The notes beneath the pieces are model-generated. The model saw only the letters and a program-made list of their open reading frames with translations. It did no database searches and was not told the DNA's origin. Both the position numbers and the translations under genes were made by a program. This document shows positions 61,625-64,000 of a stretch of DNA of 64,000 bases, in pieces. The stretch comes from Candidatus Bathyarchaeia archaeon (GTDB lineage Archaea > Thermoproteota > Bathyarchaeia > Bathyarchaeales > Bathycorpusculaceae). Each line of letters begins with the position of its first letter. Within the stretch, counting starts at the first letter, position 1. The stretch covers positions 14,698-78,697 of the forward strand of contig JBEKKX010000005.1 of the NCBI GenBank assembly GCA_050010515.1. The letters run 5' to 3'.

Positions 61625-62556
61625 TTGGCTTTTTCCTCCAAAACGAATCGTTTGGAAACTGCATTGTGCCTATTCTCAGAGGCAACGGTTCTAAATTCTT
61701 TAGCGGCGTCGGTTGGCGAAGTTAGTCTTTCTAAGGCTTTGTTCCATGTGCCTGAATGGATTGGTGTGTGATGTATTGTTGTTCGTTTAACTGTTAACGC
61801 TTCATCTACCGGGCAGACGTTTTTGCATGCGCCACAGTAAGTGCAGAATAATTCGTTAACATGAACTTTCTTGTCTTCGCCAAGCGTTAATGCACCTGGG
61901 ATGGGGCAAACGTCAAGGCAGTCTTGGCAGCCTTGGGGGCATTTCTCCTGATTAATAGCGATTATTCCTTCGAAGGCTTTTTTGACCTTTATTGCGCCTG
62001 GACTGCATTTGAACTCGCATACTCTGCAAGTTGGACAATAATCCCTTTGAATGGCAAGGTTGACTTGGACACGTTTTTTCTCGCTCGGCGATAAAGCCTC
62101 AAAGTTTTCGACTGGTTTGCCATCATAACCAATTTTAGAAATTTTTATGAGCGACAGCGGACATGCTGTTTCGCATTCTACGCATTCTTTCTGGCACTGG
62201 CTTGTATCAACTTTTATGTCGCGAACCAGCTGTGGGTAACTTTCTTTCGCCAAGATGGAAAGGTCATGTGCACCATTCAAAGTAACTCTGATTGCTCCAT
62301 ACGGACAGGTGACATCGCAGATACCGCAGAAATTGCATTTTGCCAAGTCAATGTCCACTTTGGCTTTTTTGGCTTTTTCCCCTTGAATTTTAGGCTGCTT
62401 CTGTGTTTTTATGGCTTCTTTAGGGCAAGCTAAACTGCATATTTGGCAGCCAACACAGCGTTTTTTGTCAAGGGTTAACTTGTAGTTCTTAACTTGCAAA
62501 CCCCATTCTAACGTTAAAGCATCTGCCGCATCTTTCTTTAAGTTTTTAAACGGCAT
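61621..62556 (-). CDS. Polyferredoxin
   Basis: Six CxxCxxCxxxC(P)-type motifs. Confidence 0.9.
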   Translation of the reverse strand: MPFKNLKKDAADALTLEWGLQVKNYKLTLDKKRCVGCQICSLACPKEAIKTQKQPKIQGEKAKKAKVDIDLAKCNFCGICDVTCPYGAIRVTLNGAHDLSILAKESYPQLVRDIKVDTSQCQKECVECETACPLSLIKISKIGYDGKPVENFEALSPSEKKRVQVNLAIQRDYCPTCRVCEFKCSPGAIKVKKAFEGIIAINQEKCPQGCQDCLDVCPIPGALTLGEDKKVHVNELFCTYCGACKNVCPVDEALTVKRTTIHHTPIHSGTWNKALERLTSPTDAAKEFRTVASENRHNAVSKRFVLEEKAK

Positions 62557-63440
62557 TTATTTGACCACCAAGAGGTTTTTACACGCGCGGTTCAAATTGG
62601 TCCAACCCTGACAGATTTGTTAGACTGATTTGATTACAGTGCTTTTGATATAAATATTGCTTGAAAAAACAACAGTTTCTACCTTACAAACAACAAATCC
62701 AGCTTAATTCTAAGTTATGAAAGAAGAACGGATTTGCAGTAAGCAAGGAAGCGCTAAATCCTATAACCGCTCGATTCAGAAAAGAACCATAATGACTTTC
62801 ACATATCCGCCTAAATTTCAGGTGACAACCTGTAGAACGGTATATAGGGTTCAATTCCCATCCTTAAACTCTTTGGCAAACATCCCCAGCTTTTGAGCGA
62901 TAGGAATTCTATTAACTGGAAGGCTCCTTCGTCCCTCTGATTAGTAAGATAACCAAGCCACGCTCCACGTTGGGGACTGCCTCAGGAACTGGCTCTCCAA
63001 ACTTTAACGCTAAATGAAAAGCCACATCATCAGCGCGCGCTTTTGATTCTAATAAGGATTACCTCTTGTTTCCTTGGCGGCTTGGCTACTTTGCAATGTT
63101 TAAATTCTACATAACTCTCTTTTTATAACGGTTTTACACAATCAATTTAAAGATAAGACGCCTCCTCGTTTGAAATGGGTTTCTACCCATTATGAGATTT
63201 TTCTTTGTCCTTGCGATTTATTGCCTTGTTCGCGCGCTGCCTTGCCCCGAAAATGGTTAAAAAGGGTTATTGATCGATGAACAGGGCGTTTCTGCTTCGG
63301 GCTTTCCCTGGTTCATCCTCAAAAAAATAACCGACCAAAAGTTTTATATGCAATTCGTTCAGAGTAGAGAAATAGGGTTTGAAAATGATTTTGAAGAAAG
63401 TTTTAGACAGAATAGTTGGGTTTGATGGTGAGGTGAAAGA

Positions 63441-64000
63441 ATGAAGCGAGGGACAACAAAGACTTTGAGAGTTGTGGGCATCCTTCTAGTCATCTTCTTC
63501 TTCTGTGCTTTCGCATTATTGCCTCAGCCAGTTCAAGCTACGAATACGGTGACGGTAACCGGTTTAAACGGTCCTTACGGTGTGGCTGTAACACCCAACG
63601 GCGCATACACCTATGTTACAAATAATGGCGGCACTACGGTCTCGATTATAAGCACGGCTACGAACACGGTAACAGCGACAGTAACCGTTGGAAGCGAACC
63701 TACTTGTGTGGCTGTAACGCCCAACGGCGCATACGCCTATGTCACAAATTACGGCAACGATACAGTCTCGGTGATAAGCACGGCTACGAACACGGTAACA
63801 GCAACCGTAACCGTTAGAAGCGAACCTTACGGTGTGGCTGTAACGCCCAACGGCGCATACGCCTATGTCACAAATTACGGCAACGATACAGTCTCGGTGA
63901 TAAGCACGGCTACGAACACGGTGACGACGACAGTAACCGTTGGAACCGATCCTAGTGGTGTGGCTGTAACGCCCAACGGCGCATACGCCTATGTCACAAA
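63441..64000 (+). CDS. Secreted YVTN/YncE beta-propeller repeat protein (partial)
   Basis: Signal peptide, then 42-aa repeats P.GVAVTPNGAYAYVTN.G..TVSVISTATNTVT; GGTGAGGTG RBS. Confidence 0.9.
   Translation, partial: MKRGTTKTLRVVGILLVIFFFCAFALLPQPVQATNTVTVTGLNGPYGVAVTPNGAYTYVTNNGGTTVSIISTATNTVTATVTVGSEPTCVAVTPNGAYAYVTNYGNDTVSVISTATNTVTATVTVRSEPYGVAVTPNGAYAYVTNYGNDTVSVISTATNTVTTTVTVGTDPSGVAVTPNGAYAYVT
63570..64000 (+). repeat. 126-bp coding tandem repeats
   Basis: At least 3.5 near-identical units (GTGTGGCTGTAACGCCCAACGGCGCATACGCCTATGTCACAAA). Confidence 0.9.

Noticed and set aside
62600-63350. Long intergenic region as an ncRNA or gene
   Set aside because: Only short broken frames and no recognisable RNA motif; possibly a decayed gene, but not supportable.
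63570-64000. Tandem repeats as CRISPR or a non-coding array
   Set aside because: The 126-bp units are in-frame YVTN beta-propeller blades.

Overview
Archaeal chromosomal window, most likely Bathyarchaeia or a related TACK lineage. This is an inference from the gene set (HdrA-MvhD, thiolase/DUF35/HMG-CoA synthase, an eL22-like gene) and from the BRE-TATA promoters. Core content: ABC transporter, tRNA-Ser(GCT), an orphan NurA(wHTH)-HerA pair, tandem ferritin-like protein, 2-oxoacid:ferredoxin oxidoreductase, nrdR-nrdD-nrdG with tandem NrdR boxes, toxin-antitoxin modules, dinB plus a radical SAM gene, pncB, a catalytically degenerate thiolase next to a DUF35-HMG-CoA synthase fusion, SSB, uvrBAC, tRNA-Lys(CTT), larBCE, two PMT-type glycosyltransferases, a C/D-box sRNA candidate, eL22, hdrA-mvhD with a polyferredoxin, and a partial YVTN beta-propeller gene. 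The main signal is three AT-rich accessory loci (28.5-33.2, 45.2-48.4 and 55.8-59.1 kb). In them, unrelated small genes (HEPN-like, AbiV-like, PD-(D/E)XK, HhH, membrane proteins) each sit behind near-identical 30-bp promoter-bearing heads (consensus AAGTCTTAAATCTG-ACAGCGTAGAAATAG; 9 copies plus 1 degenerate). Several junctions carry a mosaic ATTACCGAGTACAT core. One locus is a 4.68-kb tyrosine-recombinase element with exact 14-bp direct repeats and 11-bp subterminal inverted repeats. Together these suggest a possibly undescribed archaeal promoter-carrying gene-cassette system, integron-like but without attC sites. All calls were made by eye; no database search was run.
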